A DNA stretch of 63,386 bases from Octopus bimaculoides (Eukaryota): positions 10,390,634 through 10,454,019 of the forward strand of contig NC_069008.1 of NCBI RefSeq assembly GCF_001194135.2, read 5' to 3'. Both the position numbers and the translations under genes were made by a program. This document shows, piece by piece, positions 13,096 through 25,117 of this stretch. How positions within the stretch are numbered: the first letter of the stretch is position 1; each line of letters begins with the position of its first letter. The notes below the pieces were generated by a model. That model saw only the letters and a program-made list of their open reading frames with translations, searched no databases and was not told the origin of the DNA.

Positions 13096-13742
13096 GTGAG
13101 GTACATTACCTCTGGAGATAACAGGTAAAGTTAGAGCGGGTTAAGAATACGCTGTGAGCTGCCAGTTTGCTGTGTTGCTCAGCGTTAGCATGAACGCAAG
13201 AAAGAGGATCACCTTAATACACGTCCTTAAATAGATGTTGCCCACGAGAGCCTCACTGTGGTCTCACGCATGGCAAACATGGTTGTAGGTGAGATCTCGC
13301 TCTTGTCTTGGACATGTTAATGGCTGCCGGCAAGATCTCCCACAAAATGGCGCTGGCTTCTTGTGTCACACTACAAACATTACTTCTCAGTTTAGTTACT
13401 ATTTTCATCTCTTTTAGAGGTTTTCTAACTAGCTACTTTGCTTGTTGCAAGATCGGTCACTGAGTGTCACTTATTTTTCTATAAAATTGCAAGCTGGAGC
13501 AAACTACTGCTATCTCTAGCGGAGGGTGCTCACCACTGAGTATGAGCACAAATAGCTTGAAACTGGGTGGTCTAGTGGTTCCATTGTTGGTGGAAGATGG
13601 TGGGAGTTTGCTCCCCTTAGTTGCAATGTATATCAAGTGCAGATTGCATCAGTAACCAGCTGGAGATGTCCTCTTGGGGTTAAAAATGGTAGTAACGTTG
13701 GTTCCTATGGAACAGCCATGTTGAAGTCACAATAAACATTAC

Positions 13743-13749
<7 letters not shown>

Positions 13750-13835
<86 letters not shown>
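13750..13835. repeat. (TG)n microsatellite; representative of many (TA)n, (AG)n, (TG)n and (TATG)n tracts (e.g. 1-35, 14686-14730, 39330-39530, 40270-40358, 42742-42790)
   Basis: Direct reading. Confidence 0.95.
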
Positions 13836-13837
<2 letters not shown>

Positions 13838-14290
13838 AATTTAAATATAGGATAAAATCTTTATAAGAATTTATCAAGTAGTTAGCGTGAAAAAACCTCA
13901 TACGAGAAAAATTTATTAATTATTCCCTATAAATATATCTATTTATATTAAGGGCATTACTATACATAAATGCCTCACGCTAGGAGGGACTCTTAAAGTC
14001 AAAACTACCATAATAAACACATAGTACCGAACGTGAGGGAATGCAACTTTTGAAGCGAGCCTTTTAAAAGGTTTTAAAAGGCTCACTTCAAGAGTTGCAC
14101 TTCCTCGTGTTTGGTACAATGTGCTTAAAAAGACTCCAGCAAATAAGATCTGAAGAAGGAATTCTAATTCCGAAATATCATCGGACTATAAATAACCAAG
14201 TTACAACAGGTATATAGTCCATTTTTTGTTCTATAGTGCATTGTTATACCTTTCTAAAGTTTTTATTCTTTATAAATTAAAATATATATA
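13836..14290. repeat. Penelope pLTR-like dispersed repeat carrying a minimal hammerhead
   Basis: Contains CTGAAGAA-stem-GAAA motif; its left end recurs inverted at about 62112-62160. Confidence 0.5.
14147..14182 (+). ncRNA. Candidate minimal type I hammerhead ribozyme
   Basis: GAT-CTGAAGAA-GGAAT(TCTA)ATTCC-GAAA-TA-TC-ATC: core, 5-bp stem II, AUC cleavage triplet, but only a 3-bp stem I. Confidence 0.5.
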
Positions 14291-14330
<40 letters not shown>

Positions 14331-14679
14331 TTATCATCATTTAACATCTGCTTTCCGTACCGACATGAGTTCAGTCTGTTTTGGCAGATCTTTATGGCTA
14401 GATGCCCTTCCTAACATCAATCACCTTACAGAATAGACTGAGTGCCTTCTATGTGGTACTGGTATCAGTGAGGCGTGTTTTCTCATGGTTTTTACAGCTG
14501 GATGCCCTTCGAAACACTGACCACTTTACAGTGTGGACTGGATGCACCAGCATCGGCGGGGTCATCAAGCAATTTTGAGACAGGGAAGCATTGAAGGAGC
14601 TGGCCTTATGCCAAGTGATGAGAAATTAGTGTGAAAGAAGGATAGAAACAGGTATCTTGCTGTAGAGGAGATACATGGT

Positions 14680-14736
<57 letters not shown>

Positions 14737-14804
14737 GACAGAAACACACACACACACACATATATATGCATTTACATATGTATGTATGAGTATATATATA
14801 GAGA

Positions 14805-16170
14805 GAGGTTGGCCAAAACAACGAAAACACATTGTTAAATAGAAGTTTTGTTATTTAATACAGAGTTACTCCATGTTTGGCATCAATCACAGCTTTAAAA
14901 GATCAAAGAATTGACTTGTACAGGTTCTGAATGGTCTTAGTCTTAGTTTCTCCTGTTCCTAATGGGATGTTAGATGACAAATTGCTCCCATTGAGTGCAA
15001 TCTGCTGCAGCCATTTTTACATCAGTCCAGGTCAATTGCAGTCCCCATAAATTCTTGCAGAGAATACTTTGCCAGTTTTTGGGTGGATTTCCTCTCCTTT
15101 GTTTGCCCCCAACTGGTATCAATGTTAATGCAGTGTGTGACAGCTTGTGTTTTGGTAGCTGTATTATATGTCCTATGAATTGCAATCTTCATTTCTTGAT
15201 AATGTCTGATAGCTTGTGTAGCCCTGACCACCAGATGACCTCCTCATTGTGATGTAGTCCCTCCATAATATTCTGAAACGGTAGTTAGGACTATTTTGAG
15301 TCATTCTTCAAGTAAAATATGCTTTATCACTTTTAGTGATGATGCTGGAAGGAAGCTACTTCTCACTTGCTGCTCCAAAATGCATCATAAATGTTTCAAT
15401 TATATTGAGATCCAATAATTGAGGTGGAGAGGCGGGTGGCAATCCAAGTGGTCTACTTCACTTTTATGCTATTAGTACCAGTTTTGAATAACATTAGCTG
15501 TGTGAACCAGTACATTATCATCCCGGCAGATTGCATGACCATCAGGGTCAGATGGACATGGTCAGCCAAATACTCAGACAGTCTCTGATGTTAACTTCAC
15601 CATGTAGATCAACTAAGATATGGCTGCTCACCAAACCACCTCCATGCTTCCTTGTAGGGACAAAACAGAGAGGGTTGAAGGTCCCATTGGGCTGTCAGCA
15701 GATATAAATTCACTCCAGAGTAAGTTAAGGGGTGAACGATTATTCATCAGAGAAGATGACTTTGTTCCATTTGGCAATTGACCACTTCTGATAGTCTAGA
15801 CACCATTTTCCCCACTTATCAAAGTTAATAGAGAATAAGAGAGGTTTAATAGTTGCAACCCTCCCATGTTATTCAGCTTTATGGAGCTTGCAACAAAAGG
15901 TTTTGGTTGATAGAGAGTTAGCAACTTGGTAACTTAGCTCTGCTCTTACTGTTGCTGCTGTATTTCAATTGCTTTTAGACACATTATTAAGTCTCACTAT
16001 TCTGCAGCTCCTCACTGTGAGATTTGCCTTCCATCGAGAATTATACTTGTCAGAGCAGCTTTTACAATAGTTTTGGAATTCTAACATGATGTTGGAGTCT
16101 GTACCCCTCAAAAACTTAAACGGTTCAACAGTTTTTGTAACTGAAGCACCAACCATTTGCATTCCAACAG
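14805..16170 (-). mobile_element. Tc1-type (DD34E-like) transposon relic interrupted by a LINE fragment
   Basis: Minus-strand remnants W.KVIFSDE, KHGGG, .DDNV.VHTA, DLNIIE. An RTE C-terminal fragment (FIGHII...RRGNPPKNW) lies at 14960-15250. Confidence 0.6.
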
Positions 16171-17127
16171 TTTGTGCTTTTTAGAAATCAGACAGGTCAT
16201 GCATTTGAACTTATTTAGGGATGTCAACAGCTCCATAAAGAAGTGCTGATCACTCAAAGTGGATGGAAAAGGGAGACTCAGGAAGACATGACACAAAGTA
16301 CAGAAGGATGACCTCAGGACACTGAACCTTAAGGAGATGACAAAGCACCAAGATATCTGGTGCCTTGCTGTACTCAAGAAGACCTGTCCTCCACAACAGA
16401 AGTGTCAGTGCTGCTCTTCTTGATGAAGAGGATTGACCTGCAAGAGCCCTGTGTCAGTGCCACATAAAAAGCACACATCTTGGTGCCATGTAAAAGCATT
16501 TATGCCACTGCCATGTTAAAAGCACCCACTACACACTGTAAAGTGGTTGGCATTAAGAAGGGCATCAAGCCGTAGAATGCAGGTTAAATCAGACTGGAAC
16601 CTAGTGTAGCTCTCCTGCTTACTAGCTCTGGTCAAACTGTCCAACCCATGCCAGCATGGAAAACAGATGGCTACATTATGAAGTACAGGGCCTATCAACA
16701 CATATACAGGCTAGAACATATTGCTGACAGGAAAAAGTTAGTTAAACCCATCAAACCCCTGTATGTTTGATTGCATGTATGTGTATATATATATGTGTAT
16801 GCATGAGCCAACATAATAGCCCAACCTACTAAAACTAGCAGTCAATTATACCTCAAATCATCCCACTAGTGTCTTAAAAAGCTGTGGCATCCCTTGATAC
16901 ACTATATTTGAGGAAAAAAGGGAAGATCATAGTTGGAGTGCCTTTCAACATAGCTCTGCTATATCAGGGCTAACCTAGGGCTAAAGAACAATATGAACAA
17001 AGCAACAAAATGACACGGTGGCTCAATAGATTAAAAATATCAAGATCTTGAAATAATAAAGAAAGAAGAAAGAAAGAATGAAAGAAGGAAGGAAATCAGG
17101 AAGGAAAAACAACATTGTTATACTTAC

Positions 17128-17362
17128 ATTCTCCAAGAATAAAATGAAGAATTTGTCAAAGCTTTCTTCTTGGTGTCAGTAACAATTTTCAGGCGGTCAA
17201 TATACTCTGGGCCAAAATTGTAATAGAATATCATTTGGTTGTGTGTTTCCAGGTTTTGGATTTGGTTGTCGCCATTAAGTCGAAGAATTCCAAGAGGAGA
17301 TCTCACAGAAATTCTCAAGAGGTTTTTGCTTTGTTTAGAGACTGCATTGAAGGTTATTAGTC
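17128..17362 (-). CDS. LLTP gene exon 9
   Basis: Acceptor ttttcctccctgtccaccag|GA, donor GAAT|GTAAGT; 235 nt, phase 1/2. LITFNAVSKQSKNLLRISVRSPLGILRLNG...SSFYSWR. Confidence 0.87.
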
Positions 17363-17954
17363 CTGGTGGACAGGGAGGAAAATATATAGGAAAGAAACAA
17401 TAAACAAAATATATATGTATATATAAACACAGTCATGGTTCTGTGGTCAAGAAGTTGGCTTCCTTATCACATAGTTTCAAGTTTGATTCCGCTGCAGAGC
17501 ACCATCATTGTTATCATTGTCTAACATCCATTTTCCATGCTGGCATGGGTTGGACAGTTTGACAGGAGCTGTCTAACCGGGAAGCTGTCCAGACTCCAAT
17601 TGTTGGTTGTGGCATAGTTTCTACAGCTGGATGCCCTTTCAAACATCACCCACTTTACATGCTGGGTACTTTTTATGTGCCACTGGCAAGTAACCCCTGC
17701 CATAGCCCTGGGTTGATCAAAGCCTTGGTGCATGGGAAATGAAAGGAGTGAGTGACTTGGTGACCCTACTAGTACTGGTGTCACAACAGAGCAAGTACAT
17801 TCTGTAAAGTTTCAGCTTCCTAAATCCTGCCAAAGCAGACTCTGGAGAGCAATACAACCCTCAGAGTAGTTGGATCCTGTTGAATCATCCAACCCATACC
17901 AGCATGGAGCACAGATGTAAAATGATAATATAAGCTCTCTCTTTATTATATATA

Positions 17955-18560
17955 CTAGCTGATATACCTAGTAATTCCCAGAAAAGCAGGGCTTGTCCCC
18001 TGGTCCTGTTCTCATAATTGTTTCACTAATACAATAGCAACAATACAAAATATGTAACCCTTAAAACAGTTTTTGTGCTTTTACAGAGAATACAGAACTG
18101 TCTTACATAGGGTCTCGTTTTTAGGAAATCCCAGTAAGTTATGAATACCAAAATCATGAAGTCAGTTATATAATAGCATGCAACTTGGTTACCTGATAGT
18201 AACAATTCAAAAAAGTAGCCCCGAAACGGGCTTTATTGCATCCCCAGAGTATATAGAACAGTAAGGTATGTATACCAAAATCGTGAAACATGTTACATAA
18301 TAACAAGCAAATTGGATATGAGATAATAACAATTCAAAGTAAGTCTGAAAAGTTCTTCATGCAGTGCCTGTCAATTGGCTGAAGTGACATGAAAGGTATT
18401 GTCATTCGTGGTATATTGGTGAATAAGTCACTAACTGAAATAAGTGCTTGGGAAAATATAATTTACTTAAGAGTTGTTCTGGGTAAAGTGCAAAAATAAC
18501 TGTAACAATTCAAATACCTTAAAAAGCCATGTAATTTGCGCACCTGCTTAATTTACACAT
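17955..18560 (+). mobile_element. Helitron-like non-autonomous element
   Basis: Begins TACTAGCTGA, resembling the ACTAGC termini of Lep1-type non-autonomous Helitrons; same start style as 25118. Confidence 0.4.
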
Positions 18561-19620
18561 CTGTTTAATTTACGCAGGTAATTTTCAGGATAAAATTTGT
18601 TACAAAAAGCTTTACATGTAAAATTCTCACCCAAAAGTTTTCAGAATTGCCGATATGGCCAGGAAAAAATGGTTTCCAATTTAATTGTATTTAGCATAAT
18701 TTCACTTAGTTATGTTTAGATTTTATTAAATTTTCATTAAATAAAAATAATTGCTGTTTAACAGGTATCACATTGAAAGCTATTAAATGACAAAGTGTTT
18801 GTGTTGTTTATAATAAGCTTTATTTTACATTTCTTGCTGTATGTCTACTCAAATCATAACCATAGGAAAAGTTGTTGATAAGAATTACCAACAAAAACAA
18901 AGCTGATAAATATGCACAGGTGTTACAAATTAAGTTTAATTACCAATAAACATCAGCTTGGATGACACTTTACTCAACCAACAGAGGAAGGCTACCGATC
19001 AAACTGATTATGTAAACAGAATTCTGATTGGTTGAAAGCATCTTCTTGTCTCAAGTTCCGATTTTCTGCCTATTCTTGTGGGAACTTTTGAAATGGAGTA
19101 TCAAAATTTTAATCCCTTTCACACTTATAAAATGTCAAGCAAAGTTAAACATTTGTAATTACTGTTATTGTCAGTATGGGCAGAACTTATGAATCAGACC
19201 ATGGCAGTGAACTCCTGAAATGGCCACAGATGTGTTTTGACTTGATTTTGTGGAATTCTATTATGCTCCTTGGACTTCAACCTACCATGGTTTTCTTGAA
19301 ACAAAATATTTTGACATCTTTTAAATTGAGGGGAGTAAAAACTTTTTTTAGTCAATTGATATATTTTTTAAAGTTTTTTAGTTGCCTGACATGCTTTAGA
19401 AATTCATTTTGATCATTTAGTTTTAGTTGATTGTATATACCTTTTCTTGATAGGCCATTCTATATATTTGTATTTTTATGTGTATATATATTTTTTACCT
19501 TCTGAGTTTTTATATATGTATTCCTTTTATATGTTGACAGCCATGGTAATATTTACATTTGATCAAATATATGGAAGCTTGGTGACTTGACTCGAATTTG
19601 ATGTTTGTTCTCTAATCAAT

Positions 19621-19655
<35 letters not shown>

Positions 19656-20270
19656 ATGGATTTCTTTCAGTTTCTATCCATGAAATCCACTCACAAAGCT
19701 TTGGTTGACCTGAGGCTATAGTAGAAGACACTTGCCCATGGTGCCATGCAGTGGGACTGAACCTGGAACCATGTGGTTGTGAAGCAACCTTCTTACCACA
19801 CAGCCATATCTCGGACTTTCAGTCATAATATATATATTTTTATGAGCTGCTAATAGTTTCATGCCATAAAAATATCTCAGAGAGCATTTGTGAACACGTC
19901 TGGTGCCTTCATGCAATCCTCAAGCTAAAGTTTGCACGAAGGCCCCAGATATGTTAAAAAATACTGTCTGCATAAACCTACTAGTAGCTCATAAAAATAT
20001 ATATTGTGTTTCTTAAACAATATGTACTACTCACCATATGGAGTACTTCTTTTGTTAATCTTACCATCATGGAACAATACACNNNNNNNNNNNNNNNNNN
20101 NNNNNNNNNNNNNNNNNNNNNNNNNNNNNNNNNNNNNNNNNNNNNNNNNNNNNNNNNNNNNNNNNNNNNNNNNNNNNNNNNNNNNNNNNNNNNNNNNNNN
20201 NNNNNNNNNNNNNNNNNNNNNNNNNNNNNAGAATTCAATATAAGGAGTTATTTTGGAAAAGGAGCAACTG

Positions 20271-20672
20271 ACTGGCTTCCGTGCCGGTGGCACGTAAAAA
20301 GCACCATTCAAGCGTGATCGTTACCAGCGTCGCCTTACTGGCACTTGTGCTGGTGGCACATGAAAAAATATTTGAGCAAGTTTGTTGCCAATGCTGCTGG
20401 ACTGGCTCCTGTGCAGGTGGCACGTAAAAAACACTATTTGAGTGTGGCCATTGCCAGTACCGCCTGACTGGCCTTCGTGCTGGTGGCACGTAAAAGCAGC
20501 CACTACACTCTCGGAGTGGTTGGCGTTAGGAAGGCATCCAGCTGTAGAAACTCTGCCAGATCAGATTGGAGCCTGGTGTAGCCATCTGGTCCACCAGTCC
20601 TCAGTCAAATCATCCAACCCATGCTAGCATGGAAAGCAGACATTAAACGATTTTGATGATGATGATGATGGA
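20271..20672 (+). repeat. RTE 3' tail repeat with four ~66-bp tandem units
   Basis: Units ACTGGC..GTGCCGGTGGCACGTAAAA at 20271, 20337, 20401, 20467, then the conserved tail and (GAT)n. Other copies near 770-1235, 14340-14560(-), 16430-16680, 17515-17720(-), 32460-32860, 54150-54250, 58085-58220(-). Confidence 0.85.
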
Positions 20673-20959
20673 AATAAGAAGTATAAAGGGAAGTAAGAGA
20701 ATGAAAGTAAAAATAAAAATATATGTAGGATGTTATAGTTGCAGTTCCTTTATATGAAGACAGTGGTGTGTAGAAGTGGTAGAAATGCTTCTTGTTCATG
20801 GTATGTAAATTTCGGTAGGGGTTCATATTTTGTCATTACAAATGGAAAGTATATATATATATATATATATATATACTGACAAGCATTTTTTACCACCTGC
20901 CAAAAGGAAAGGACTATGCACCACCTGCCCCAAAACGGAGGCAAGCAGATGTAGTGCGT

Positions 20960-23900
20960 GTTACAAACCAGACTTATCAACATGTTGTTGAAAGGGCAGC
21001 AGCTGAACAATAATCATTTTTGTGCATGGCACAACAGATTGTACAGCTGCTGACCTGGCTACAATCTCCCAGATGGGACTATCCCCAATACACAAGACCA
21101 CCACAGCAAATAGACCCAAGGTGGGCACCACTGGCAACAACACACACATCACATCGGTGCTCTTACTGAACACCAAAGGACTGTTAACACTTTGTAACAG
21201 GACAAAAATTCCTTTCTTGAGATACCTTGTTACATGCAATCAAGCCTTATGCATAGCACTTACGAAAACACACCTGAAACCAGATATAAGAAATGCAGAA
21301 ATACACATATCACAGTATGTTGTATTATGGACCGACAGAAAAGAAAGGAGTCATGTAATCCGTGAAGACCTCACACCTCAGGTCCTTTTGTCACACTCAA
21401 ATTCAGAGAACTTGATGGAGTTATATGTGCTACATATCGCCCTCCAAAAATAGAAGAAGTTCTAGTCACATTAGAACAACACATAAGTGTACTTCTTATG
21501 GGAGATTTCAAACTGCCCAATATCAGATGGCCCGAGGGGCTTTCTTTCCCAGGAATGACACAATGCAAACAAGGACAGGTGAAGTCCCTCCTGATTCTCA
21601 TCAACACTTTGTACATGGAACAAATAGTACTCCAACCAACCAGAGCAGGTAACATATTGGATCTCTGCTTCACAAATAATATGAATCTCGTCCATAATCT
21701 GAAAGTGATACCAACACTACTCTCAGATCACAACATGGTAGAGCTGACCATGTATGGACCAAAGGAAACCATGGACATGCAGCCTACAAGAAACTCTCAG
21801 AATCTTTCCAGCTTGAACTTCCATACGGCAAACTGAAAACAAATTGAGAAAGAGATCCTCAAACAAAACTGGCCTAAATGTCTCTTCTCACCGGACATCA
21901 ACATGAAACTTCAATAATTCATGTCTGTAATGCAAGCCATATGCTACAAATGTGTCTCGGAGAGAAAGGCCACTGTACACAAGAGCAAAATCCCCAGAGA
22001 GAGGAAAATTCTTGAGATGGCGTACAAAAGTTTCAAATCGCCTAACAAACAAACTGAAAGCAGTGAAAAGTCCCGCCTGTAAATACAACTGCTGGAGATT
22101 GAAAAAAATCTGCAACTGTCTCATGAAAAAGAAAGAGCAGACAAAGAAGCCTGGGCTATAGACAATATAAAATCTAACCTCAGAGCTTTCTACAAGTTTG
22201 CCAAAGAAACAGCTTCAGTGCACTCCAGGATAGGGCCACTCCTCGAAAAAGATGGTACACTCACAGGAAACCCAATGAGGATAAGTGAAATATTAAATGA
22301 GCAATTCAAAAGTATTTTCACTCCACCCCTAGGGCACTTTCAAATCAGCAATCCAACTGACTTTTTTACCACTGCAGATATAAAAACAGAGGCAATGATG
22401 ATAGATTACATCGATATAAAGGAAGACGATGTAATAAGGGCTATAGATGAAATGAACCCAAACTCAGCTACTGGCCCTGATGGATTCCCAGCAATCCTTC
22501 TAAAAGTATGTAAGCGAGTCCTAGCAAGACCACTGCAGTCCCTCTTTCAGAGTTTCCTTGCAACTGGCAAACTTCCAAGAAAACTGAAGGCGGATAAAAT
22601 ATGCCCTATTCCTAAAGGTGGTAGCAGAGCAGAGGTCAAGAACTACAGACCTATCTCTCTGATTGCACATCAGCAAGGTCATGGAACAAATTGTCAGAAG
22701 AAAACTAATCATCTTCCTTGAAGAAAATGACTTGCTGCCTGACACCCAACATGGTTTCCGACCAGGAAAAAGCTGCCTGACTCAGCTCTTACAACACTAT
22801 GACTGGGTGCTGAAACAGCTGCTCAACCACTCAAATGTAGAAGTGATATATCTCGACTTTGCAAAGGCCTTTGATAAAGTCGATCATGGAATGATATGTC
22901 ACAAACTGCGTGATCATGGCATAGTTGGAAAATTGGGAGAATGGCTTCATGACTTTCTGAAGGATAGAAGTCAGGTGGTAGTAGCCAATGGGGCCACCTC
23001 CAATGACATGCAAATAGTGAGCGGTGTTCAGCAAGGCACTGTTTTGGGACCACTACTGTTCATAATGGCCCTTTCAGACATGCCCTCAGCCACATAGAGA
23101 GCCACAATCACAAGTTATGCAGATGATACAAAAATCTCACAGGTAATACAGAACCCTGAAGACACTATACACCTGCAATTTGAGCTGGATGAAATATACA
23201 AGTGGGCTGAAAAGAATAACATGCAGTTTAATGCTGAAAAGTTTCAAGCCTTGTGCTATCAACATGCAAAACTAAATGTAATATCCATTAAATACACGGG
23301 ACCTGGGCATTTACATGAGCAATGATGCATCCTTCCATGTGCATGTTTCTAAATTGGCAATGAAATGCAGACAGCTGACCGGATGGATTCTTAGAACTCT
23401 TAGAACAAGAGATCAGGAAACTATGATGGTCCTCTGGAGGACACTTGTCCTAAGCCACTTTGACTATTGCTCTCAGCTATGGTCACCAACCAGTGTCAAA
23501 TTAATCTCAGAACGTGAGGCAATCCAATGAAGCTACATGAAGAACATTGTCTCTATGCAGCATACAAGCTACTGGGGAAGACTCAAGAGATTAAGACTCT
23601 ATTCCATAGAGTGTAGGCGAGAAATATATGTCATAATATACATCTGGAAGATCTTGGAAAGACTTGTCCCAAACTTTGGCATCAAGAGTTACACAAATAA
23701 AAGAACTGGGCACCACTGCATAGTGCCAAGGACTCCAAATTTGCCATCAAGATGTTGGACAAGATACTGCAATAGCCTGGGCTTCTGAGGTCCACAGCTC
23801 TTCAATATCCTTACAAAGGACCTGAGAGACCTGCAAGGTGTGGATGTAGGTGTCTTCAAAATAAGGCTGGACCTCTTACTGTCAAGTGTCCCAGATGAAC

Positions 23901-24062
23901 CAACTTCACGGCAGGAGATGCAGATGAGAGAAGTGACATCAAACTCTCTCATGCACCAAATGTCAATTCCTAAAAAGCATTCGTGAAGTAAAATTATGTA
24001 GCAACACCAAATGGCGGTGACCCAGCATGACCACAGCTCGTGAGCTGAAACTAGATCTATAA
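20960..24062 (+). mobile_element. CR1/L2-group LINE, near full-length ORF2 but disrupted
   Basis: AP endonuclease remnants (GDFKLP, TRAGNILDL.FTN, LSDHN); RT motifs ATGPDGFP, NYRPISL, QHGFRPGKSC.TQLL, YLDFAKAFDKVDH, SGVQQGTVLGPLLF, YADDTK; many stops and frameshifts. Confidence 0.92.
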
Positions 24063-24077
24063 AAATATAATTATATA

Positions 24078-24139
<62 letters not shown>

Positions 24140-24141
<2 letters not shown>

Positions 24142-24300
24142 CGCGGAGTGGCTGTGTGGTAAGAAGCTTGCTTCACAACCACATAGTTCTGGATTCAGTC
24201 CCATGCATGGCACCTTGGGCAAGTGTCTTCTACTATAGCCTTGGACTGACCAAAGCCTTGTGAATGGATTTCATAGATGGAAACTGGAAGAAGCCTATCA
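24140..24300 (+). mobile_element. tRNA-derived SINE family A
   Basis: TGGCTGTGTGG A-box-like and GGATTCAGTCC B-box-like motifs, core GGCACCTTGGGCAAGTGTCTTCTACTATAGCC. Further copies near 19655-19810(-), 27765-27925, 31690-31850(-), 35390-35525(-), 52030-52180, 56215-56360(-), 58735-58880(-). Confidence 0.8.
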
Positions 24301-24754
24301 TATATATATATATATATATATATAAAACTGGCACTCCATCGGTTATGATAACATGGTTCGATCAACTGAACAGCCAGCTTTTGAAATTAATGTACAAGTG
24401 GTTGAGCACTACACAAACATGTGTACCCTTCATGTAGTTCTCAGTGAGATTCAGCATGACACAGAGTGTGACAAGGCCGGCTCTTTGATAGATAAAAACC
24501 AATTTTTGCCAGCTGAGTGGACAGGAGCAACGTGAAGTAAAGTCTGTTGCTCAAGGACAAAATGCATCACTGGGAATTGAACTCTTGACCTTGTGATCAT
24601 GAGCTGAATAACCTAACCTCTAAGCCACATGCACATACAATCACTCTCTCACACACACATACACACACATTGAAAAGCAATACCTGGTAAGCCTGAAGTT
24701 CACACTGAAACCAGTAAGAGCATAATGATGAAAAGATTTGAGAAAGAAACTTAC

Positions 24755-25009
24755 CATAAAAGGAAACTAATTTGGAATAAACTTTGTCAAGCTTCACATC
24801 AACGAGAAATCTTTTGCCAGGTTCATTGCTAATTCCTGCAGAGAAATCAAGGACAGTTTTATGAGGATCTGTGACCTTGAGATATGAAACGTACTTGAAC
24901 CCTATTTTCTTCCATGGCTGGTCAAGTCCACCTTGCAGTGTGTATATGTCTGGGCCAATTTTTAGAGTACCCATTATTGAGGTTGCATCAATGACAATGC
25001 TTTTGGATA
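24755..25009 (-). CDS. LLTP gene exon 8
   Basis: Acceptor ctttcattcccag|TA, donor TATG|GTAAGT; 255 nt, phase 1/1. SKSIVIDATSIMGTLKIGPDIYTLQGG...RFLVDVKLDKVYSKLVSFY, amphipathic beta pattern. Confidence 0.87.
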
Positions 25010-25117
25010 CTGGGAATGAAAGACAGAGCATAAAATTGAAAGACAACCACAAAAATAAATAGAATAAAAAATAAATAAAAATAAACAAAAATAAATAAAT
25101 AAATAAATATAGATATA

